Below are positions 37,507-45,918 of a stretch of DNA of 64,000 bases, in pieces. The first letter of the stretch is position 1, and every line of letters starts with the position of its first letter. This DNA is from a virus (lineage: Duplodnaviria; Caudoviricetes). Location: positions 1-64,000 of the IMG/VR virus record IMGVR_UViG_3300044212_000014; one strand, given 5' to 3'. The translations under genes were made by a program, and so were the position numbers. The notes below the pieces were generated by a model. That model saw nothing but the letters and a program-made list of their open reading frames with translations. It was not told the origin of the DNA and made no database searches.

Positions 37507-38538
37507 TTGAAAATATATAACGGCGATTGTATGGAATGCTTACTAATGATACCAGATAATAGCGTAGATGCTGTAGTTACTGATCCCCCTTATGAATTAG
37601 GATTCATGGGCAAAAAGTGGGACAAGACAGGGATAGCTAATAATGTAGACATGTGGCACGAAGTATTACGTGTTTTAAAACCGGGCGGTCACTTGCTGGC
37701 ATTTGGGGGTACCCGTACATATCATCGTATGGCATGTGCCATTGAGGATGCAGGATTTGAAATCCGTGACCAACTACAGTGGATTTATGGCAGTGGATTT
37801 ACAAAGTCCATGGATATTAGCAAGGCGATTTATAAAAAAGCTGGGATATGGAGAGGAAAAGCGGGCAACGTAATCTCTAAAAATGGTTCTATGAGCGCAC
37901 CAAATTATGAACGGACACCAAAAGTGGAGCCTATTACTGAACTTGCTAAACAATGGAACGGATTTGGCACAGCTCTTAAGCCTGCAAACGAGCCTATCTG
38001 TCTTGCTCGTAAGCCGCTGACTAAAAAAAGTGTTGTAGATAATATACTGAGATACGGTACCGGAGGCATTAATATTGACGGGTGTCGAATACCCACTACG
38101 CAACTGCACGTTCAAAAAGCAAAAGGTTCTAATGGGACTCAGGGGATATACGGCGACTTTAATACCATGGGTGTATATGCCCCCAACCCACACGGTAGAT
38201 TCCCGTCGAACGTTATACTCGACGAAAACGCATCACAACTTTTAGATGCGCAGACAGGAACTCTTAAAAGCCGATTTTTTTACTGTGCAAAGGCTTCACG
38301 GAAGGAACGTGACCAAGGACTTGACGACCACAACAATCATCCGACAGTAAAGCCTGTAGACCTTATGCGATATTTAGTTAGCCTTGTTACAAAAGAAGGG
38401 CAAGTCGTTCTTGATCCGTTTATGGGTAGTGGGACAACTGGGGTTGCTTGTGTGTTAAATCATAGAGATTTTATAGGGATAGATAAAGACAAGCATTATT
38501 GTGATATTGCCGAAAGGCGCATCGCCTATTCTATATAG
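37507..38538 (+). CDS. DNA amino-methyltransferase (N6-adenine/N4-cytosine, beta class)
   Basis: TDPPY near the N-terminus; HPTVKP and DPFMGSGTTG (FxGxG) near the C-terminus. Confidence 0.92.
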   Translation: MKIYNGDCMECLLMIPDNSVDAVVTDPPYELGFMGKKWDKTGIANNVDMWHEVLRVLKPGGHLLAFGGTRTYHRMACAIEDAGFEIRDQLQWIYGSGFTKSMDISKAIYKKAGIWRGKAGNVISKNGSMSAPNYERTPKVEPITELAKQWNGFGTALKPANEPICLARKPLTKKSVVDNILRYGTGGINIDGCRIPTTQLHVQKAKGSNGTQGIYGDFNTMGVYAPNPHGRFPSNVILDENASQLLDAQTGTLKSRFFYCAKASRKERDQGLDDHNNHPTVKPVDLMRYLVSLVTKEGQVVLDPFMGSGTTGVACVLNHRDFIGIDKDKHYCDIAERRIAYSI

Positions 38539-38569
38539 GATACACTATGTAAGTTAGGAGATATTTATA

Positions 38570-38701
38570 ATGTTTAAAATATTATTTTGTGGACTAACCA
38601 CATTCACCATTCTACTTTGGGTAATAACCATGGACGTTACTATTGGTTTATGTGCTAATATACTTGTTACATGCACTTTAAATTCATTAAATAGAGAGTG
38701 A
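38570..38701 (+). CDS. Small hydrophobic protein (43 aa)
   Basis: AGGAG RBS; fills the gap before thyX. Confidence 0.45.
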   Translation: MFKILFCGLTTFTILLWVITMDVTIGLCANILVTCTLNSLNRE

Positions 38702-38711
38702 GGATATTGAA

Positions 38712-39383
38712 ATGGCATATATGAAAGATTTCCCGTCCGCACAATTAGTGTCTGGTACAAGCCTTGACCTAGCGATACAAGCAATGAATAATTGCTATGG
38801 CAACACCTGTACTATAAAAAGTTTGATCGGCTCTATTCGAGCTGGTCATCTTAGTTTGTTAGAACATGTCACTGCTACATTTGATATTCTTTGTAGCGAA
38901 GCAGTTTTAAAACAAATATCTCGTCATCGCCATTTATCTCCTACCGTAGAGTCAAGTCGAGGTAGTGACATAACTGATAATGGGTTTTATATTCATCCTT
39001 TCACCGAATATAAAGGGACAACATTCGCAAGTTTTGATGAGGATTACAACAGCCTTTATGGAGAATTTACTGCTCAAGAATATATTTGTCGGATATACGA
39101 TAATATCCTATTCCAATATCATGTGATGGTAAACAAAGGTGTCCCGCGAGAAGTAGCCGCATACATTCTTCCCATGGCTACTATGGTACGTATGAGATAT
39201 ACTGGTAACTTACGAGCATGGTTTGAGTACTTACAGAAGAGATTGTGTAAGAGAGCGAGTATCGAACATAGAGAACTGGCTGAAAAGATTTACAAAGAAT
39301 TAAACCTTACGTATCCTGATATTTTTAATAAGGAAATGTTAGGAATGTGCGTAAACTGTAAAGAACGTGGTTGTAGTTTTTAA
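38712..39383 (+). CDS. thyX: FAD-dependent thymidylate synthase
   Basis: GHLSLLEH, QISRHRHLS...ESSR (RHRxxSxxxxSxR), EVAAYILP, GNLRAW, LCKRA..EHR. Confidence 0.92.
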   Translation: MAYMKDFPSAQLVSGTSLDLAIQAMNNCYGNTCTIKSLIGSIRAGHLSLLEHVTATFDILCSEAVLKQISRHRHLSPTVESSRGSDITDNGFYIHPFTEYKGTTFASFDEDYNSLYGEFTAQEYICRIYDNILFQYHVMVNKGVPREVAAYILPMATMVRMRYTGNLRAWFEYLQKRLCKRASIEHRELAEKIYKELNLTYPDIFNKEMLGMCVNCKERGCSF

Positions 39384-39398
39384 AAGGAGAAAATAAAA

Positions 39399-39719
39399 AT
39401 GGAACAAGAAATTAAACATTACGTAGGTAAAGTTGGTTCTTTTGGCTATGCTATTGAAGTATTAAAGTTAGAAATCGGCAAGAAAGTTGCTAGGAAAGGC
39501 TGGAATGGAAAGAGTCAGTATATTGAATTAGCAACAAATGTAAGCTATAAAAATGGTAATGGAGAGATTGTCAATGTAGATCATGAGCAGATGGGTAATA
39601 AAGCAATTGCTTTTGTCGGAACATCTGGTGTACAGCTTGGTTGGTTAGCTAGTCAAGCAGATATGTTATCAGAAGATTGGTATATCGTTAAAGGAGATAA
39701 CAGTGCGAAGAAAATCTAA
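39399..39719 (+). CDS. DUF2829 / Tad2-like nucleotide-sponge family protein
   Basis: FG.AIE.LK...GKKVARKGWNGK..Y...GWLASQADML.EDW pattern of DUF2829. Confidence 0.8.
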   Translation: MEQEIKHYVGKVGSFGYAIEVLKLEIGKKVARKGWNGKSQYIELATNVSYKNGNGEIVNVDHEQMGNKAIAFVGTSGVQLGWLASQADMLSEDWYIVKGDNSAKKI

Positions 39720-39900
39720 AGTTATCTTAGAATTACCAAAGAATCCTTCTCCATTAAAAGCCATTCGCAAGCACTGCCTACAGTGTGGAGATGGAACAAC
39801 GTCTTGCGTTGCTGAGTGTGACTTAACCAAGTGTCCGCTACATCCTTACAGATTCGGCATGATGCCAGCAACGTACATTGCAAAAAATAGTAAGAAATAG
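39703..39900 (+). CDS. Small Cys-rich (Zn-binding) protein
   Basis: KAIRKHCLQC...C....CPLHPYRFG. Confidence 0.6.
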   Translation: MRRKSKVILELPKNPSPLKAIRKHCLQCGDGTTSCVAECDLTKCPLHPYRFGMMPATYIAKNSKK

Positions 39901-40010
39901 CTACTGGGAGGGCGTGTAAGCGTCCTCTCATTTATGTTAGGTATAATCTTATACCCATAATTCTTTATATTAAAAAAGCGCCCTGTGAGGGCGCATAAGG
40001 AGGATTTATT

Positions 40011-40490
40011 ATGAACAAAAACGGAGATGCGTTTAAAGCTAGGGAAATAGGACACGGGAATAGGCCCGGAAGAAAGGTTAAACGTAAACCAACAGTAAAG
40101 CAAGAAATATATGCGAAGAATGTTGTCGCTGGAGTGCCAAAGTGTGAGGCCGCAAAGATAGCAGGGTATGGCCCAACAGTATCCCCAGACAGATTCATAG
40201 GCGTAAAAGAAGCTATGGCTGATTGGCAACGTAAAATGACAAGGGAATTTATGAGCGACGCTCAGGAGATGAGACAGAATATGTTACAGCTTGCTAGAGA
40301 GTCTAGTTCAGATGCAGTCAGGTTCCAAGCCACTAAAGATATTTTAGATCGGGCAGGACTTAATCCAATTAATAAAAGCCAGACAGAAAGCGCCAAGTAT
40401 GTATCTGTTGAGTCCCGTTTCTCTCGTAATGCAATAGAACGGTACCAAAACGAGCTTAAAGAAGGACAAAAAGAAAAGGGTAGCAATTAG
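40011..40490 (+). CDS. Putative terminase small subunit
   Basis: HTH-like KQEIYA...EAAKIAGY followed by VRFQATKDILDRAG, as in TerS-like proteins. Confidence 0.6.
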   Translation: MNKNGDAFKAREIGHGNRPGRKVKRKPTVKQEIYAKNVVAGVPKCEAAKIAGYGPTVSPDRFIGVKEAMADWQRKMTREFMSDAQEMRQNMLQLARESSSDAVRFQATKDILDRAGLNPINKSQTESAKYVSVESRFSRNAIERYQNELKEGQKEKGSN

Positions 40491-40508
40491 CTACCCTCTC
40501 TTTTTTTT
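40470..40508. terminator. Bidirectional terminator between the convergent middle (+) and early (-) regions
   Basis: AGGGTAGC-AATTA-GCTACCCT, with an A-rich tract before and a T8 tract after. Confidence 0.8.
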
Positions 40509-40716
40509 ACATAGAACCAGTATAAATATACATATATATTGAATATATAGACATCATTGTTAGTGCCAACGACAAAACGAACATTACATACAGCAAATAC
40601 AGATTTTCATTATAGTTTTTTTCTTTAATCTGTTCATACGCATTTGCGATACTCCATACTGACATAGGAATGTAAAGTAGAAGTGTAGTAAGCCCCATGA
40701 AAAACACCGCTCCCAT
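40507..40716 (-). CDS. Small membrane protein
   Basis: Two TM segments. Confidence 0.55.
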   Translation of the reverse strand: MGAVFFMGLTTLLLYIPMSVWSIANAYEQIKEKNYNENLYLLYVMFVLSLALTMMSIYSIYMYIYTGSM

Positions 40717-41357
40717 TATTTATCGCCATCCAAACATTTAAGAAATACGTTTCCATGTTTATGCGCCCAAGGGAAGGTAGCTGTTTTAATGAAGTCTGAT
40801 ATTTCTTTATCATCAGGGTCTTTTATAGGAAGAATTTGAGCGAAGTGTGTCGGAGTCCAAGATAATTTCTCGTCTGTTCCTTCAAGTCTCCACTCGCCTT
40901 TCCATCTCCATGCTACTGCCCGCTTCCACTCTGCGCTGTCTACATCCATACCAACCAATACAATAGTACCATCATTCGGGCAAGTATCAGAAACTTCATC
41001 CCATTTTTGCATCCATCTATCTCTTAAAACATTTTCTACTGCATCCACCGTCATATCTAATGAGCCAAAGTCCGTATATATGCGGTCAATTTTTTGTGTG
41101 TATTTGTCGTAGAATGTATTTTCGTCAATATAAAATACTTGATCACTGGGCGTATGTAGCACAACTCCCATCTTTACCATTTTGATAACTCCCAAATCTG
41201 TGTCTATATTCCAGTTGCCGTTTTTATTTTTAAATACTCCTCCAGCCGAAATTATTTGTTCTAGCCATTCTGGATATTCTCCAAACTCAGGGGCATGGTC
41301 TTCTGGGATATAAGCTCTAACCGCGTCTATTGGCCCCGTTTTCTTATAGAATTTCAT
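40716..41357 (-). CDS. Hypothetical two-domain protein (C-terminal DUF551-like W...P....VLV...W...PTH)
   Basis: Motif resemblance only. Confidence 0.45.
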   Translation of the reverse strand: MKFYKKTGPIDAVRAYIPEDHAPEFGEYPEWLEQIISAGGVFKNKNGNWNIDTDLGVIKMVKMGVVLHTPSDQVFYIDENTFYDKYTQKIDRIYTDFGSLDMTVDAVENVLRDRWMQKWDEVSDTCPNDGTIVLVGMDVDSAEWKRAVAWRWKGEWRLEGTDEKLSWTPTHFAQILPIKDPDDKEISDFIKTATFPWAHKHGNVFLKCLDGDK

Positions 41358-41647
41358 TATTTATTACCTCCGTCTTTAACACAAAGAACAATAAAAACAA
41401 TTACATATATGAAAGGTACCACATATAAAAGAGCTATCCAAATACTCCATCCAATATCTCTCAATCTACGAATGCAAAGCCCCCATAGGCACGCCATAGA
41501 TATTACCATAACTGGTATTGATACTGCTTGAGGCCAATAACGACCAGCTATAAAGAATATAATGTACAATATAATACTTCTTGAGAAAAACTCCATTCTT
41601 GTTACAGCTCCGGAAAAGCTAGCATACTTCTTAATTAATTCTCTCAT
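41357..41647 (-). CDS. DUF805-family membrane protein
   Basis: FSG..TR.EF...L.IRRLRDIGWS.W..LL..VP. Confidence 0.8.
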   Translation of the reverse strand: MRELIKKYASFSGAVTRMEFFSRSIILYIIFFIAGRYWPQAVSIPVMVISMACLWGLCIRRLRDIGWSIWIALLYVVPFIYVIVFIVLCVKDGGNK

Positions 41648-41709
41648 TTATTTCTCCTTATTCTTTAATATAAAACCAAGCTGGATTTACAATATACATG
41701 TTACTTTAC

Positions 41710-41883
41710 CTATCCAAATTTTCTGTTGATTTCCTCAACCGCCTTTTTAAAATAATACTCTTTTAAATGCAATACGTCAATGCTAGTATCCCAATCAGGT
41801 TCTTTTATAGAGCCTGTTAAATTATCTCTACATGCTAACGTAAATGCCATATATAGAATTTCGTCATGTCTACTCTTATTCAT
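41710..41883 (-). CDS. Hypothetical protein
   Basis: GGAGGT RBS upstream of MNKSRH. Confidence 0.45.
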   Translation of the reverse strand: MNKSRHDEILYMAFTLACRDNLTGSIKEPDWDTSIDVLHLKEYYFKKAVEEINRKFG

Positions 41884-42097
41884 CTTTAGATACCTCCGCA
41901 TACATTGAAAGTAGACCATAATTAAGAATGATAATAATACTCCCCGCAAAACCTACCCCGAAAACATATACTGTGTCAATTCCAAATATAGCTGATATAA
42001 TAATGGCGATAGCTATCATATTTACCCATACCACGCCTATTTTTACAAACACCTTGTCTATTACTTCCTCTGATACTTTTATCCCAAAAACACTCAT
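41876..42097 (-). CDS. Small membrane protein
   Basis: Hydrophobic; coupled to its neighbours. Confidence 0.5.
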   Translation of the reverse strand: MSVFGIKVSEEVIDKVFVKIGVVWVNMIAIAIIISAIFGIDTVYVFGVGFAGSIIIILNYGLLSMYAEVSKDE

Positions 42098-43269
42098 AAT
42101 ATACCCTCCATATCTAGTTCTTTCACAAAGCGCCGTATTCCTTTCTGCATTTCTATGCTATCTTTACAATACAAGTTATAAATTGTTACGTCTCTATCTT
42201 GTGTAATACGGTGTATTCTATCTTGAGCCTGTTTACTTACAGATGGCGACCATAGATATTCTAAAAACACAGCCGTATCACTACTTGTTAGTGTTATACC
42301 TGTTGCAGAGGCTTGCAATGAACATACTATAACGGCCTTCTCTTTGTCTTGAAATTTCCTTACCGCCTCTTCTCTTTTATACATATCTTGACCGCCATAT
42401 ATACCAACAGCAATATCTTTGTACTGCTCGAAAATTTTAAACAGCAAGTCACGATGATGCACGAATATAACTGGTCGTTTCCCATTATACAGCAGATTAT
42501 TTATAAAGTCAATAGCCATTGGGAATTTTTCTTCATTTACTTTTTTCTGCTGTTCCTCCATTTCTTTAAATGTAGTTGCGAATGGCTGTTTTATCTCAGC
42601 TATTGGAATGTCGATAATTTGTTTGCGGGGAAGGCATATCCCACATTCATCTTTTGTTCTCCGTATCATATAGGAAGACAATAATTCTTTCAACTCTCTT
42701 TGGTTAGATGCCCCGCTATAATCCCATCCCCAACCACTGAATACGGGACTACAATATTTTTTATAAAACTTATCATATCCACCAAACTTACAAAGTAGAT
42801 TCATAATGTCAAGTTGTGGGGCTAAGTCTGATGGGCCGGATAACATTGGCGTGCCACTCAACATAAATACTTTTCGGGAAAATGACGTACATTCTTTGGC
42901 TAGTATATGCCGTTGTGAATATCTTCCCTTTAGGTAATGACACTCATCAAATACAATACCATGATACATTCCTCTTTTACACCACTCCTTAGCATACTTC
43001 AATCTCTCATAGTTTGTTACGGTTATTAGCCCACCGCAATAATTGTCCGGAACAATATCAATTCCCAACCACTTCTTTATTTCGTTACACCAATTCAGCT
43101 TTAATGAAGCTGGACAGACTACCAAGAATCTTCTATTCTTTTCAAGGTGATGTTTTATTCCGAATAACATCGTTGCTGTTTTGCCTAGCCCCATCTCATC
43201 AGCTAATAATAATTGGTGTGACTTCTGGATAACCTTTACTGCTTCTTTCTGGTATGGTTTTAAGGACAT
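42094..43269 (-). CDS. SNF2/SWI2-like SF2 helicase
   Basis: LADEMGLGKT, VVCPASLK.NW, DECH, LSGTP, GITLT, QAQDRIHR. Confidence 0.9.
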   Translation of the reverse strand: MSLKPYQKEAVKVIQKSHQLLLADEMGLGKTATMLFGIKHHLEKNRRFLVVCPASLKLNWCNEIKKWLGIDIVPDNYCGGLITVTNYERLKYAKEWCKRGMYHGIVFDECHYLKGRYSQRHILAKECTSFSRKVFMLSGTPMLSGPSDLAPQLDIMNLLCKFGGYDKFYKKYCSPVFSGWGWDYSGASNQRELKELLSSYMIRRTKDECGICLPRKQIIDIPIAEIKQPFATTFKEMEEQQKKVNEEKFPMAIDFINNLLYNGKRPVIFVHHRDLLFKIFEQYKDIAVGIYGGQDMYKREEAVRKFQDKEKAVIVCSLQASATGITLTSSDTAVFLEYLWSPSVSKQAQDRIHRITQDRDVTIYNLYCKDSIEMQKGIRRFVKELDMEGIL

Positions 43270-43292
43270 CTCCACCTCCTATTATATCATAC

Positions 43293-43586
43293 TTAATCTT
43301 CAGTATCAAGTCTTAAATAACAAATATCCCCATATATTTTTTCTAGCCCGTTCATATAGCAATGATACTTACACACTCCGGGCCTTCCCAACACTTTGCA
43401 TCCAAATGTCCCATTCCTCTGTATTTGGGCATACTTTATACACGCATACTTCCCAGCTTTTATTGCCATGAGCCTCTGTACTGACTCTACCAAGTTGTGT
43501 CTTCTTGTGTTGTATCCTCTTACGCTACCTGTTAGGAGTGCCAACTCTACATTCGTCACATTAAACCTCCCTATCCCATCTTGCAC
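43293..43586 (-). CDS. Hypothetical Cys/His-containing protein
   Basis: C...C....GVCKYHC; start uncertain. Confidence 0.4.
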   Translation of the reverse strand: MQDGIGRFNVTNVELALLTGSVRGYNTRRHNLVESVQRLMAIKAGKYACIKYAQIQRNGTFGCKVLGRPGVCKYHCYMNGLEKIYGDICYLRLDTED

Positions 43587-43978
43587 TTACTCCAAAACCC
43601 AGCGTTACCATAGTGCATGACATATTGCAATTTCATTTCGTCACGATACTTTACTTCTCCCCCAAGTTGTTTTATAATATATTGCCTATCACTTATAATA
43701 TGAGCGATAAGTGTTTCCAACTTATCCACGGGAAAAAATATTCTCTTAACCCCATTATTCTTATATATCCTCATTTCCCCCACTTTACCAACTTCTACAT
43801 TATACCGATAAGATAAACCTTTCTTGCCTTTGTGGTCTGCAATGCGAATTGTATGGAGAACCCCATAATCCACCTTTATATATATACTTGATGTCGTCAT
43901 TGCGTGGTAGTACTGCACGGTAATTCCATGCTTTTTTAGCTTATTAATTAGATACTCGCAAATTTGTTCTGCTTTCAT
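43571..43978 (-). CDS. Hypothetical protein
   Basis: ORF in the early operon. Confidence 0.6.
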   Translation of the reverse strand: MKAEQICEYLINKLKKHGITVQYYHAMTTSSIYIKVDYGVLHTIRIADHKGKKGLSYRYNVEVGKVGEMRIYKNNGVKRIFFPVDKLETLIAHIISDRQYIIKQLGGEVKYRDEMKLQYVMHYGNAGFWSKCKMG

Positions 43979-44004
43979 ATTTTTCCTGATTACCTTTCCA
44001 ATAA

Positions 44005-44211
44005 TTATCGCCCCCCGTAAAACAATTCTAGCATTTCTCTTTCATATATCGCAATAGACTTTATGCCCATCCTCGATCGTATACCATACATGATAGTCAT
44101 ATGTAGTAATTCGCTATATTCCGGTTGGGTATTTTTTGACGGTTTCATCTCTTGAAGGGCTTTGGTCATTATTGCCAACTCCGTAATCGATTTGTCTCTC
44201 CGAAATATCAT
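44005..44211 (-). CDS. Hypothetical protein
   Basis: Coupled ORF. Confidence 0.5.
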   Translation of the reverse strand: MIFRRDKSITELAIMTKALQEMKPSKNTQPEYSELLHMTIMYGIRSRMGIKSIAIYEREMLELFYGGR

Positions 44212-44429
44212 TGTAACAACTCCCTCAGTTTTTCTTTTATGTCCTGAAAATTATCTCCTATTATCATCCCAATACCATTCCCATATATTTCATTCTTTTT
44301 TGTCGCATCTTTAAAACTCCCGTATCTCCTATATATGGAAGTAATGTCTGCTAGCCGTTCTATTATTTTATTCAGTGAATAATTGGCATCTGGGAATTTA
44401 TTTTTGGCTATATCTAAAGTCTGTTGCAT
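44208..44429 (-). CDS. Hypothetical protein
   Basis: AGGAG RBS. Confidence 0.5.
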   Translation of the reverse strand: MQQTLDIAKNKFPDANYSLNKIIERLADITSIYRRYGSFKDATKKNEIYGNGIGMIIGDNFQDIKEKLRELLQ

Positions 44430-44436
44430 AACTATA

Positions 44437-44652
44437 TCAACTCCTAAGTTGTTTCATTTCTTTCTCCAAGTCTTTAAGTATGATAAAACGACCCCCAACC
44501 AATGTCCGATATGGCATTGGTCGCGTATCATACCGATTAAAATAATATCTTGCTAGGGTTAACATCCCATTATAATCTTTTGCCTGATATCTACTACGAC
44601 CGTTAATTCTTAATAAATGGGAAACGTATGCTAATTTTTTATTTCTATACAT
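44437..44652 (-). CDS. Small basic hypothetical protein
   Basis: GAGGTG RBS before MYRNKK. Confidence 0.5.
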   Translation of the reverse strand: MYRNKKLAYVSHLLRINGRSRYQAKDYNGMLTLARYYFNRYDTRPMPYRTLVGGRFIILKDLEKEMKQLRS

Positions 44653-44662
44653 GTTTACACCT

Positions 44663-44884
44663 CTATTGTGATAAAAGTAAATTAAGTCTTGCAAAAACTG
44701 GATATGTCCTAAAAAAACTCCCGCAAACAATTATCGACGGCACTAATTCTCCGTGCCATAAGAATGTTTTATACAATGGGGCGAAAGACAGTGCCTCGTC
44801 GTTACTTCTAAATTCATCTGTCCTGTTCTGTATGTATACTGTCATTATGGTAAGTTCTTTTATATTATACACGATACCCTCCAA
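44663..44884 (-). CDS. Hypothetical protein
   Basis: ORF in the early operon; start uncertain. Confidence 0.45.
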   Translation of the reverse strand: MEGIVYNIKELTIMTVYIQNRTDEFRSNDEALSFAPLYKTFLWHGELVPSIIVCGSFFRTYPVFARLNLLLSQ

Positions 44885-44914
44885 AGGGGACGGGGGAAAG
44901 AATCCCCCATCTTA

Positions 44915-45883
44915 CTAAATCTGTTTGAATGGTAATAATCTTGTAATCCCCTGTTCTATCTTGACTTCAATAGTACCTTCTGGAACCATACTAGAGCAAT
45001 CATCTTCATAGAACGTTAAGAGGATGTCTCCATCGTCCGTGGGGATATTGTCTTGAACCAAGATGTCATACTTAGTTTCAAAAGCCGCCGCGATCTTATC
45101 AAGGTCTTTTTGGTTTATGCCTGTCCCTGACACTTTGACAATACCATATACTTCATACTCGTTTACTGGCAATTCTTTCAATTTCTTTTTATCTTTCTTG
45201 TAATTAACTACCGAAGCCACGCTACCATTTGTCGAGGCTTTCTTATTGTTTTTATATGAATACCCCTTGTAGTCATAGCCACAACCGCAATTATCCCAAC
45301 TCCCCTGATACACATACGATTTGTATGAAGAGTTGCTGTACAGGGCTTTGCTATCTCTACTCTGCACAAACGCACCACTTGTAACAGTCTTATCCGGTGT
45401 CATAAAGGCAAACCGAGACGTAGTATAGAGTTCCAACAAATCAATCGTTACGGCTTCTGTGAGGCGTTCTCCCAACCGACTAAGGATTTCTTTGTCAAAC
45501 ACCATTGTGTCCGACTGTTTGGATGACATACCACCCTTAGGAGTAAATTCTGTAAGAATACCATTGTGAGCGAATGCAGACGTTGAGTTAGCGGATACGA
45601 GAGCCATCTCTTTATAATTATCTGTGATGGGGAATGGATGGCAACACGCACCAGACACTTTCCCCGACGTTGCAATTCGGAAGTGGAATACACGGTCAAC
45701 ATCTTTCGGTACCGTCCGTGCCATAGCCCAGAAATCATCAAACGTCATAAACCCTTTCTCAATGTGGACGTGATCTCCCTGTTGAAACATCATACCAGCC
45801 CCGTCATGATTTACACGGAAACATTCTTTCAATTCTTTCTTGTTTAAGTCCAAACCTTTTTTATATACAGCGATTACGCACAT
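44915..45883 (-). CDS. Class II (Ntn) glutamine amidotransferase
   Basis: N-terminal MC, N.DGAG, HFRIATSG, CHPF, HNG, SDT. Confidence 0.9.
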   Translation of the reverse strand: MCVIAVYKKGLDLNKKELKECFRVNHDGAGMMFQQGDHVHIEKGFMTFDDFWAMARTVPKDVDRVFHFRIATSGKVSGACCHPFPITDNYKEMALVSANSTSAFAHNGILTEFTPKGGMSSKQSDTMVFDKEILSRLGERLTEAVTIDLLELYTTSRFAFMTPDKTVTSGAFVQSRDSKALYSNSSYKSYVYQGSWDNCGCGYDYKGYSYKNNKKASTNGSVASVVNYKKDKKKLKELPVNEYEVYGIVKVSGTGINQKDLDKIAAAFETKYDILVQDNIPTDDGDILLTFYEDDCSSMVPEGTIEVKIEQGITRLLPFKQI

Positions 45884-45918
45884 AGTATTTTCTCCTTTTT
45901 AATACCAAATATAATATA

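Larger units (their letters stand above)
29948..37714. repeat. Copy 2 (7767 bp) of the tandem duplication
   Basis: Same gene order. Proteins are identical up to dUTPase, then scattered, mostly synonymous differences appear. Confidence 0.95.
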
